A DNA stretch of 64,000 nucleotides from Phoronis australis (Eukaryota > Animalia > Phoronida), in NCBI GenBank assembly GCA_002633005.1, contig NMRA01000056.1:715015-779014 (forward strand), read 5' to 3'. The notes below the pieces were generated by a model. That model was not told the DNA's origin. It saw only the letters and a list, made by a program, of their open reading frames with translations, and made no database searches. Both the position numbers and the translations under genes were made by a program. Positions within the stretch are counted from its first letter, which is position 1, and the number at the start of each line of letters is the position of its first letter. Shown one piece after another: positions 28,491-40,800 of this stretch.

Positions 28491-29436
28491 TTCCTGAAAG
28501 GATCAGGGAATTGGTACACCAATTATGCATTCAACTGAAATATCAGGCTAAAAGGAGGCCTGATAACATCAGGTAATATCCAGCAGTGTCCTATACAATA
28601 GTTGTTTACAAAAAAAAACAAGACTAGTTCAGGTCACAAGCCTATTCATGGTTCACCAAAGTGTCAGCTTATTTATCTATTGAAATTGTACTTGCGATTG
28701 CTTCCTCCAGGACAATTATGCAGCACACAGATAGATAGATAGCTTAGTTAGCCATTCATAACGCAGTCATACATAGAATACAAGACTCAGTGAAGTAAGG
28801 ACTAATAATGTGTGCGTGTTTTAAATACTGTACATGCATTTGAGATGCCCTTGGTAGACTGACATAAAAAATCAATGTGTGAGAGTGTGTGCTAGTGTGT
28901 GTGTGCGCGCGCCTTCGTGGGTCTCTGTACACACAATGAAAACACATTTGGGCCTATATATACCCAACTGTTTTGTATTGTGTTTCACTAATTATTATAC
29001 AAGGTAATAAACACATTGCCCTCCCACCTCTCTATCTCTTTCTCCCCCACAGCACACAAATCCCAAAGTAAAAGTTCTGTAATGGTTGAAGTTCCTAGTC
29101 CCAGCCTTTTTTCCAGGTTCTTGCCCCATTACATAATACAATAGGCCACTTTGTCTGCTAGCAAAGTAACTTTTCCTTGAATGGGAAAAATTTATTCCAT
29201 AAGACAAATAAACATTGAACAGCATAAACAAATCCAGAAACCACAGGACATTATGTCTGTATTGTATTTACCAAATAAAAAGTGGAGTTTAAAACATTAT
29301 ACAATCACCTGAAATACATTGAAGTGTGTCTAAGGACACAATGTGATGAATAATTTACAAGACATCTACACATGGAATTTATGCTTGTCAGAATTACATT
29401 TCACAGAGAACAAAATTACACTCACTATCATTTATA

Positions 29437-30225
29437 AACAAGAGCAACGCGGAGCGTTGAAATGCGACCACGAATGCATTGCAAATGGTGTGCTTTTAGG
29501 GTTATTTATTTGTATCATAGAAATGGCCACTAGATCACACAAAAACGTACAATCCACCCAAAAACGGGAACATCCCATATTTCATAAAAATCTGTCAAGG
29601 AATTTAAGAGAAACGAAGGAAAACAGAATAAAATGAAAGTGCCACTTGTGGGCTCAGCGTCCGTTGGATCCGCCTGAAAGTCGTCGTATGTTATCTTCAT
29701 ATAAATTCAAAAACAAGATTTGAAAACAGCAAAAATGGCCACCAAGTGGCGCAAAATACCTCGATTCCATCCAAAAACAGGAAGATAGCGTCATCTCACC
29801 AATAGATGCCTATATTAAACATTTTATGGAAATCTGTTGAGGACCTTTTAAGATACAGACTGGTAAACATAAAAACTAGGTGGCGCAAACTACGTCAAAT
29901 CCATCTGAAATCGGGATAGCGTCATCTCACTAATAGGTGCCTATATACCAAATTTTATGAAAATCCGTTCAGGACTTTTGAAGATACAAAGATAAACGTA
30001 AAAAACTAAAATTGCCACTAAGGGGCACACCAGTAGTCGGATCAGTCCAAAAGTTCGCTCATGCCATCCCATCCACGGAAGGAACACATGTGCAAAAATC
30101 CATGAACATACGTCAAGGCGTTTTGGAGATAGAGCAGCGAACGCCGGACGGATCCCAGACGGACTCCGGACAGACGGAGATGACAGCATAATGCGTCCAC
30201 ATATAAATATGTGGGCGCGTAAAAA
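29437..30225 (-). mobile_element. HINE/DINE-1-like element, copy B
   Basis: AACAAGAG end with the caacgc-gga-gcgttg hairpin and subterminal atgcgaccac. The other end has a GGAC microsatellite, ccacatat..atatgtgg palindrome and A-run. No TSD; internal tandem subunits. Confidence 0.72.
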
Positions 30226-31571
30226 GAAATTCATTATGGAAATGTTCAAGATTTAGAATGACGTTTAACAAAAGTGTAACCCTATCTTCAACAATGCAAG
30301 ATTAAGATTGATATATGCGGACAACCAGATTACCATCCTGAGCCCAGAAGGGCAAGTTCTTTTCAGTTTCACAGAGTTTACAGTTGAGAAGAATATGGCC
30401 ATATGCCTGAAAGTCACCACACTAACTTGAAGTTAGGCAACTGTTGTTAAAATTGTATTTGAATTTGCTAGAGTTTAATGAAAGACCGCATTTTGACCTG
30501 AACAATACTATTTCATGCTTCCTGAGCAGTAAGAATTTCAAGTTTAGAGTGCTCTCAGCATCATGAAAAACTGCTTGAAATTTTCATGACATGGGTGATT
30601 GAGTTACATACTTTAATGTCGATCGAAAAAGAAACCTAACTGTCAACAAAAGAGAACACACTCTTCTGAAATCATGACTGTGAAACCAGAGAACTGCATA
30701 GGACACTGTTTCTCAAACCATGACGATCACATTGTTCAGCATATAGTTTAAATATTTTCTAGAAGGGAAGTTAGCATTGTTAAGAAGTTTATGAAAATGG
30801 TCGTGTGAACCACACTTCTTGAGGACAATTTGAGCCAACCGAAGCTATCATAAACCTCAGCACAGTAGGAACAACGGTAGACTATAGTAACAAGTCAGAG
30901 CAGTTTGATAAAATAGTAGAGTTTCTCAAGGTGTTGAGGAGCACCTGTACTAGTAGGCAGGTATAACACAGTAATGAAAATGTGCAAGCATAGTAAGTTG
31001 CTGCAACAAAATGTGTACTGGTGCTACAGTACAAGACAAAAGCCATTGGAAAACATACCATTTCCCCACCATGGCGGTTAATTTTGTTAAACGCAAAAAT
31101 GGCTGGTAGTAGATATTATGGAGACAAAGTTTTAGTTGCACAACAGTTTAGTTACCTGGATATTAAAGTTGAAACTGGTCAACTTTTATTAATATCATGA
31201 ACATTCCAATATGGCTCAAGGTCTACATTTTATTCCTTGGTAACTTTCTTGTTAATTTAACTTCATTCTCAGTGATGAGGGAATACTATTTAGAAGATGA
31301 ATTCGGCTTCTGCCCAGCTGTCATGATGGAGATTTCCCGGTCACATTGTCTGAATACTTATGGCTTGTGCTGTACATACACACATCAGCTGGCAATAACT
31401 TTAATTAATTTACATTATGTGGAACAGGCTTCAGTAGTCTATATGCACTCAAAGTGGTTCATTGGATATTCTGGTATAATTTCTAGTCAGCTGCGCTGAG
31501 CATATTCTTCCAATTACTGTAACAAGGAGTGCAGATGCCAGAGATGTGAAGTATTAATTTGGCTCAGAGGA

Positions 31572-32007
31572 CAGTGGCCGGTTGCATGACACAGTCCCAA
31601 ACAGGGACTGAACTAAGTTCCCTAAATTTACTGCGTATTTGCACGTTTGTGAATTTATTGTCCTATCTTATGCGGTTTGAGTATCATTACTATGCCGCCC
31701 AATTTTCTACTTTGATACAAGTCGAGAGTGAACTCTAGATTGAATTCTCAGTATTATTGAAAATAAGTAGGGATCTTTTCATGCAACGCCCCCAATTCAA
31801 GGACTAGGTCTCTACCTGTTTTGATTGAATTAAGGGCTCAGTTTTAGTTATATTATTAGAAAATGCTATTATTCAAAGAGCTCAGAATAAAGATAATATT
31901 ATAGAAAAAGTATTACATCTGAGCCTAAAGAACGAAACAAATACGCAGTAGATTTAGGAAACTTAGTTGAGTCCCTATTTGGGACTGTTTCATGCAACCG
32001 GACACTG
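31572..32007. mobile_element. CAGTG-ended Tc1/mariner-like MITE with ~70-bp TIRs
   Basis: cagtggccggttgcatgacacagtcccaaacagggact...tactgcgtatttg is mirrored at 31938-32007; TA TSD has decayed. A diverged relative lies at ~38965-39280. Confidence 0.7.
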
Positions 32008-32112
32008 AAGTTCTAAATCCAGGATGTTCAGAAACAGTAATTTTTTTAAATGAGTATAATATCTTCTTCAACCATAGTGTTAAACACACAGATAACATTA
32101 AAACAATTTTAT

Positions 32113-32508
32113 TGTTATAAGTAAAATCAAATTACTCAGAGTCCAAAGATTTAAAAGTTCAAACGTTTCAGACTGTATTCTGCAGCGTACTGGCGTGGGA
32201 GAACATCTGGGAATCTCCGGCCATACTGTATGTGACAAACATGCCAAGATCCTGGCCAAAGAGGAGAACTGGATCTCAAGGAAGATTAAAGAGTCCATAT
32301 ACATGAAGACCAACAAGCCTACAATGAATCGTGATCAAGGATTGCAGCTTCCACCAATCTATGACGGCATACTACTTCCGGAGAACAGAATGACCGGAAA
32401 CCAGGGCGCCCCCCCTACCATTTGTTGATCAAGGACTGTAGAATACAGTCCAAAACGTTCAAACTCTTAAACCCTCAGTATCTGAGTAAGTTGATTTTGG
32501 TTATAACA
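32113..32508 (+). mobile_element. 5'-truncated Penelope-like retroelement: C-terminal end of the GIY-YIG region, pLTR and inverted pLTR
   Basis: TGVGEHLGISGHTVCDKHAKILAKEENWISRKIKESIYMKTNKPTMNRDQGLQLPPIY fits the PLE C-terminus (EH...H...KIL..E..W..RKIKE.I.....P..NRD.G). 32113-32185 is an inverted copy of 32435-32508. Confidence 0.8.
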
Positions 32509-32894
32509 TACCTTCACCGAGACCATGAAGAGCCTTTTTTCAATCAATTTTTTATTGTTGGAAAAAGAAACTTCACAAATGTTTTGGAAGCCCAAAGTGA
32601 ACCTTTATTCGGAGAATTAAATCAGAAAATGCATCCATTCAAAGGAAAACTTGTCATGAAAAAGTTCCCTTCTCAGCGGCACATCCCATAATACTTCTTC
32701 TACTGGTGAGAGTAGACTCAGGATGAAATCATACAGTCTCCAGAGAATTATCTAGAAAAGAAACAATGTATAGACCATACTTCTAAAGATCGCAAGTGAC
32801 AAATAGAAAACCCAAAACAAATTGAATTAATGAAAGAAAATTGGTCTTAATGTGATACTTTGACAGGTTCCTGAGAGGCTAATCCTATAAGAAC

Positions 32895-34174
32895 ACAAGA
32901 ACAACGTGGAGCCTTGAAATGCATCCATGAATACCGCAAACCTTGTGCTTCTAGGGGTGTTTATTTGTCATAAAAATGGCCACTAGATGGTGCAAAATAC
33001 TTCGAATCCATCCAAAAATGGGAAAATGTCACTGTTTCTTTAACAGAAAGCTTACCACATTTCATGGAAATCTGTCAAGGAACTCCAGAGAAACAGAGGA
33101 AAATGGAAAACAATGAAAAATTGCCACTATGGCGCACAGTATTCGTCAAATACATCTGAAAGTCGCTGTTTTCCGTTGTCAACTTCATATAAAATACACT
33201 TGCTAAATTTAATAAAGATCCTGCAGATGGCTTAGGAAATACAGCTATGGGTGCAACAAAAACTGCCACTAGGAGGCACCACAGTATCAAAGTCTTTGGA
33301 AAATCATCAACCATCCTCTCCGCACTAAGAACATATAAGCCAATTTTCACAATTTTCCTAAGAGTAGTTTGGTTGACACAGGGTGGAGGCCAAAAACATA
33401 CTAGAAAACAGTAAAACTGGACAATAGATGACGCAAAATACGTCGAATCTGTCCGAAAACGGAAAAAATGCCGTCATTTCTTTAACACAAATCTATTTAC
33501 CAAATTTTATGAAAATCTGTCAAGGAACTTCAGAGAAACAGATTGAAGAAAATGCAAAAAATGAAATTGCCACAAGGGGAAGCAGTGTTGGTTGGATCCG
33601 TCTGAAAGTCATCGTCTTCCGTTGTCAACTTCATACAAATACAGTCTTGCTAAATTTAATAAAGATCCTGCAGAGGGCTCAGGAGATACAGTTATGGGCG
33701 CAAAACACAAAACTGCCACTAGGAGGCGCCACAGTAGTCAAAGACATCCGAAAATCATCAACCATCCTCTTCATAGTAAGAGCATACATGCCAATTTTCA
33801 CAATCATCGTTAGAGTGGTTTGGTTGATAGAGGGGCGGACGCCAAAAAACTCGAAAATAGTAAAAATGGCGCAAAATGCCTGAACTCCAACTGAAAACTG
33901 AAGGATAGCGTCATCTCATTAATAGGTGCCTATGTGCCAAATATCATGAAAATTGGTTGAGGACCTTTGAAGATGGAGAGGCAAACGTAAAAAACTAAAA
34001 TTGCCAATAGGGGCACAGCGGTATTCGGGTAGGTCAGAAACTCGTCGCCCTCTGGGAACACACCTGCCAAATTTCAATAAGATCCTACAAGGGGTTTAGG
34101 AGATACAGCCGCGGACGCCCAAACAAAGATGACGGCAATATGCACCCACATATAAATATGTGGGCAAGTAAAAA
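32895..34174 (-). mobile_element. HINE/DINE-1-like element, copy C (longest internal array)
   Basis: Same termini as copy B; about 7-8 internal subunits spaced ~145 bp, most starting aaa(a/t)tg(g)ccactag. Confidence 0.72.
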
Positions 34175-34829
34175 CTGAGCTTTGCTACAGTAAAAATTCT
34201 CCAGTTTCGGTCACTTTCTAAATTTGGAACACCGAAATTCACGCCAAAATTGAATTTTCATGATTTTGAAGATTGGGACATGTACAATTTCGGCATTCAT
34301 CATATTTTGCTAGTCTGCATTGAGCCTAAAAAGAGACTGGACAGTTAAAAAGAAATATATTGAAAATAGCTGCCGAATAAAATGTCTTCATGCATCCCCA
34401 TAGTTTATAGCATCGAGGTGAATGGTCATTCATTGCGGATCGTAATTCTTGAATTTGGGTAGGTTAATATTGCCTATTTCTAAAATTTGGTACGAATTCT
34501 TACCTAGAGAAAAAAAATAATTATTTTTTGTTGCCCTTAACAGGAGGAATGGTAAACTCCACTTTAAGTAACACTTAAGTGGAGTGTAACAAGCAATGTC
34601 ATTGGCGGACAATTAATTTGTAGCTAATCCAACTCGAGCTCATCTGCTCCGATCAACACGTCAAGGAAAATCAAGGAAGCTGTTTGGTCTAACTTGTTTT
34701 CCGTTAATATTACATTTACCAAGTTTTCAAGGAAAATACAGTTGAGTGCAAAAGTAAAACTAAAATTACGAACAAAAAATTTACCTCAAAACTGAAACAA
34801 ATGTTTTTCTTTTGCCCATGGAAAAAGTA

Positions 34830-37800
34830 TCAACTTCTTCTAGCTTTTCTCATTCTCTGTTTTCCAAGAGTGGGTCCATTTCGTCTCCTGTCTTTCTCGC
34901 TGGACAATTCGCTTTGAGCCTCGTCTGTAAGATTACCCAGTGAAGCAGCATCTTGATCTGAGAATAAAAAACAAATGAATAATGACAGACGCGAAAATAA
35001 ATCAAAGACAAGAATGTCTTCTGGTAGAACTTTCTACAGATAGTGAAAATCGTTGTGTGCGCATCACAGAGCATGGACTTGAGGGATACGAATCTTCTAA
35101 TTCAGAATCCAGAAAATGTAAAGCACGCAACTGTCTGCAAGGTAAACTGGCAATTTATTTTATATGTTACCCCTTTACTTTCCATAAATGAAGTGATCTC
35201 TTTTGATAATATATCTAAGACTGCTGGCAGTGCTGATCGGGATAGCCACTTTCTCACCCTTTGTATACTTGATGTCTCCTGCTATCTGTGAAAACTTCAG
35301 TGAAAACAGGCTAGGGTGCCCCCTAGTGGTAGGTAATTGAATCTTTACCACAGGCCATAGAAAACGTACCACAGAACTCTCCAGGAACGTAACTATTGCC
35401 ACTCTCTATACACAACACTTGCCACACTTATGGTAGTCTCATCAGATTACAACCACCCAATAAGAATTGAATTTCAGAACTGGAAGTGATTTAGAAATAC
35501 CAGCGATTGCGATCTTGTGGTGATTGTATGTTGAAGAACATTAGTGAACCCAGACCAACCTAGTGTTCATAACTCAAGATTAAAAATCAGCGTAAACAGA
35601 CGCATTAGCAACGAAATTTGCTTTTACACGATTCTCCTGATGCCGAACACAGGGTTGGCATGACGCGAGTTCATGTACGTCCACTTGTATTTTCATGGCA
35701 CTCACCGAAACCGTGCCTAGTAAAATGTATTCACAGGTGTAAGTCAAGCTGCATGTTTAGGTTCTGGGCACGTGGCAGGAGTCTGTGGCAATTGTTTGTG
35801 GAATGTGGCAAGGGTTTCACTGTGTTGTAAAGATTCGACTACCATACCATACCGTGTGGCACTCAAAATGTGATATCAAGAATATGTGTTGAAAATTTAA
35901 ACAAAGCACAACTCTTCTGTTCAACCACGTTGTGTTGTTCTAAACTCAGGGAGCTTTACCATAGTGCCACTATTATTGGGAACACACACTGCCACGAAGG
36001 CAGAAATCATCAGAATACCAAGATGTCTACTCCTGTCCAATAAAGAGGTGACAATCTTTGCATCTCAAAGTCTACTAAAATCATTAGAATACAAAGATGC
36101 CTATTCCAATAAAGAGATGACAATATGTGCACCTCAAAGTCCACTAAAATCATTAGAATACAAAGATGCCTATTCCAATAAAGAGGTGATAATATGTGCA
36201 CCTCAAAGTCCACTAAAATCATTAGAATACCAAGATGCCTATTCCAATAAAGAGGTGATAATATGTGCACCTCAAAGTCCACTAAAATCATTAGAATACC
36301 AAGATGGCTACTCCAATAGAGAGGTGATGATCTGTGCACCTCAAAGCCCACTAAAACACTCACCTTCCAGTAAGTCACCCGGCTCCTCTAACAGAGATTC
36401 CCTTGTTTTCTTGTAGATAAAACTGAAAAGAAATTAAGTCTCATTTACAAATCTTCCTAAACATGCTTCGGTTAGAAATTAGTGAGATTTTACTGCATGA
36501 AGAATGATTTACCAAGATCAACTAGGCTTTCCAAATTTTCTTGACATCTGCATTGCAACCCTCTATGAAACAGTTTGCAGCAAAACTTTAAACTGGCATC
36601 AGAATGACAAATAGCAAACTAATCTCAAGGTTATGTAGAACTGTATTTAGCCAAATATTTAGAAAACTGTGGATCTTACCTCAGTAAAAGTAAAAATTTT
36701 ATGAACGTAAAAGACCTGCAGAATTTGATTTTTGACCTTTTACAAACTTGTGATTGCTTGAATCACGTGACCATGTCTTTTTAGTAAAATGTAGTAAACA
36801 AGAAACATTTTTAGCAAAACAACAGTATCAATAACAAAACCAAATTCCATTTGATATACATGTTCAAGATGATTCATTTTATTGTTTTAATATACAACCT
36901 TTAAAGTGCTATTTTGATAGTCCTTCATGCAAGAGAGGTCCATTTTACTAACAATTTCTAATAGTGTTTTGGAAAATGTTGGATAATGCGTACAATCTGA
37001 AAGTTTCATATGAATCCGATCAGCCATTTCTGAGAAAAAATGTCCCAAAGTTAGTCAAATATGCACATATTTCCATGGTCGTACATAACCTTAACGTAAT
37101 CGTGCATTAAATATGGCAACATTCTAAAACTATCAACCGGATATAAAGCACCGATATATAATGTTGACTCAGTCGAACCAGTAATGTCATCTATTATATA
37201 CTTTGTTTATGAGATAAATTATGAAAAAATGTTAGCCGAGTGCATTTCAGATAGTTAGCATCCGGGAAGTAGCTACGTTGACCGCACCTATTTAGTACAC
37301 AATAAGATGGAATCCTAGAAATTTCCCGTCAAATTTTTTGGCACAAATAATGACAAGGAAATTCTTCTTCCTTAGTAAATGAAACAACACTTTTCACTTA
37401 CTTAACACGACATTGTAGGCAGCCTAACTTTTGGCAACTATTTTTGTGCAAAATAACTGTGGAATTACCGTACACAAATTCATTACGAATGACCCTTTTG
37501 GTTCCTGGTCAGCAGATAAAAAGACTAAAAAGGCAGCATTATCTCAGGAATAAGAATAATATGGGCACGTAAAATTCTGATCGAGTTCCCAATAGAGGCT
37601 GAGCCACACCTAGTAATCTCTTCTGACTAGTGATTCATTGATCGTAGTCTCTCGTGACTACTGATTCATCATAAAAATGATGTCAAGTAACGTAGCAACA
37701 AAGCCCGGTTCTCTAAACAAGGGCAGTGTGGACATAACAACTATCCTTTATTTTAAATACAGAAGTCCATTCTTCGGTTGACGTCAGGCAGAGCCATCTA

Positions 37801-40800
37801 TATTAATATAGGAAAAACCCCACTTCTGAATCCCGATACTGAATTTCTTGCCTACGTCATTTTAATGATAAGAATAAGTCGTGCATTTCACTTTGTTTAG
37901 CTGGCTAGAAAATGAAAACCGAATTGGGCTTCTTACATTCATAAAATTGGTCTCATAATATTCCTTATCATGACACTATTCTGTAGCTGCTACAAACAAC
38001 ATCAGCAACTCAAGAAAACCCTTCTGACTTGTTGATACGTCATACAAAACCTTAACCATCCCCATACGACCAGGTTACATAATATTAGGTAACGACTAGT
38101 AAGGGGGTACACACCAGGGGACTGTAAAATGTCATAATTTCACCAGATATTTTTATACAGAGAGTCTAAACGGAGACTTGCACCAGAACTCATGACTGGT
38201 CATTCGTCTCCAGTTAGGCTCCATGTAAAAATACATCACAAAGTTACGCGTCAGTTTAGTGAAACAGGCTCACGTCACAAGGTACAGCCTCAAGTACGAC
38301 ATCAGAGTAGGAATTAGGAGTTTAGAATCAAAAGTTATGTCGACAGCATATCCTTGAACCTAGAATCTATTGTTAGACCATAACTGTTTGTGAAAGTGGT
38401 AGGTGTTTATTACGCTGGTGGTAACAAAGCACGCTACAAGGCCGTGTTGATTAAGTATTTTTATTCTGTCCCTCATTTTGATCCTCTTACATCACCTGGC
38501 CATAAATTAGCCATGTTGGTCTAAGCAATGGATAAGACACGTGGTAAGAAGACGAAGCCAATACCAGACACTCCGCCAGAAACACAGAAGGGAGAAGTAT
38601 CAAGTATAGACCAAAAAGTGAAAGGACAACGACTGACTAAACTTACAAAGGTCCAAGTGTCAGCGTCTCAATCGTTTGTACCAAAAGAGAATGATTAAAT
38701 ATACTCACTTGAAAACTTTGCCCATTGCAAAACCAAAACCTGCGAGTGCCAAGACAAGAAGAGCTTGAATGATGACATTCTGAAAAAAAAAAACGGTATT
38801 TCGTGAATCGTTATGTTGAATGGATAACATGGTAGTTGCGGGTAAACCAATAGGGCAAAATTTTTCATTACATTTAACTCTCGCTTACACTGATGTCTCT
38901 ACCAGTGGTTATGCAGGTGGGTAAGTTTTACCCTAGTCAACTTTTAAACACTTCAGACAACTAGACATCTTTGACTATTTGGATGAAACAGACCCAATAG
39001 GGACTCAATTATGTTGCATAAATTTTCCACACATCTGCTATTTTATTTTCATTGGTATGTCAAGTTTTAGCTTTAATACTTTATGAGAGTAATATTAAAG
39101 GACATTTTCACGCAACGCCCTAAATTAAGGACTTTATTTTCATTGAAATAAGGACCTAATATTCATATGTATTTATGAGAAATGTCATGATCAAGATACA
39201 GTGATAGAAAACTATAACATAATTGAGTCCACAAACGCACTAAAAATGTAGGGAACATAGTTTCATTCAGCCAGACATTTAACTCCAGATCACTAACCTA
39301 CTCTATGAATATGTAAATCTTCAAATGGTGTGGAAATATAGAGAAAAACATTTTAAGTCTGGTCTGCACGCCACCTGTTGGTCACATTAGGTTATGTGAT
39401 GTGGCCAACAGGTGGCGTGCAGACCAGGCTCAAAATGTTTGTGACACACTTTGTGCAGTATTTCACAGAGTATGACTAGCTGAGTTGTAGTGCACAACTC
39501 TGCCCATCAATACCTTGAGAAACAGTCATCAGCGAAGGTACACGTGAACCTGTAAGTATTTCTATTACATTAGCTTACTGCTTTGGAAAACAAAATATAT
39601 AATATATTTTTATAATAATGGGCTGTTTCAATGCAGCCAGGGCTCTGTTGCATGAGTGAGTTAAGACAGACACTTGGTCTTATGCCCCTACTTGACAATT
39701 GCTGAAAAAAAGTTCTGCCAGGCAATTATGAGAGGTGGCAATGCGGCGTACTGGGAGAAGTGCCTGCTTCCTTTATTCAGTTGTGGGTTCGAGCCTCACT
39801 GGAGCACACTGCTAGACCCTTGAGTCAGGTCTCTAGCGCCTCAGGTTGGTTTAACACTAAACATTAATAAAGCATAAAAATAGTTCAAGGTGATCAGTGC
39901 AATGGGCCCAAATGAGCGACCTGCGCGTGTCTGGTACGTGTACACGTACCAGACCGCCTGCAATTATTTTCTATAATTATGAGCGCATCAGTCTAGAAAT
40001 AATTAATAGAAATTTTCCCATTAACTAGCACTTAAACATACATTCAAAAAGGCTTTGCACTTTTCACAAGTGAGTCTAAACTCACTTTCAGTAATGGTTG
40101 CGAGGAACGCAACACCAAATTTCAGTCTTAAGTCACTTTTTCATGAAACAATCCCTGGGTGATGGGGGTAAATCGTGTATTCATAAAAAATACATCCAAA
40201 AAAACAAAGAAATGTTTTATTTGGCTACTGCATGCAAAGTAGCAGATGCCCACCCCTTGTAAATCCTCGGTTTAAACATGGTGGGCGTTAACTCGGAAAA
40301 TATGACATCAGTTTGCTCACCTGCAGAGCAGGTTCTTTGGTAGCTGTTTGATCCATAAAAACAACTAACAAGCCCAGTACAGCACCTGTCACTATGCCGA
40401 AGATGGGACGACGGAAATCCTCTGGAACAGAAACGGAAAATTAGATGCTAAACTCTCACTGGCTATACTACTCCATTAACCATGGAGTAACGGTTTTTTG
40501 TTCAGTATATATTGGAAGTTTACAAGAAACTGTCTATAGCCGTGTCATAGCAACAACAACAACACCCAAGCAATTCGGGACTCAATTCAATATTGGACGA
40601 GAGTTGTAACGTGTTTAAACCCAAAGGCACTTTCATTAAGAATTCAACACCGACAACTTAACATGGCTGAAACGCAGCTTTAAGCGAGACAGGTCTAAAG
40701 CAGCTTCATAGTTTCTACTAAGAAGTCAGCTGTGCTTACAGAGAAAAAACATTTTAAAGTTGTCTTGCTCAAATCCGTCTCATCAATTCACAAAATTGGC

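Noticed and set aside
33428-33883. 151-aa ORF, plus similar ORFs at 135-416, 29941-30249 and 33075-33350
   Set aside because: They lie inside HINE tandem units, have no domain resemblance, and the frames are not preserved between copies.
35964-36416. 150-aa (+) and 122-aa (-) repetitive ORFs
   Set aside because: By-products of the 60-bp minisatellite; only 36364-36422 on minus is a real exon, in a different frame.
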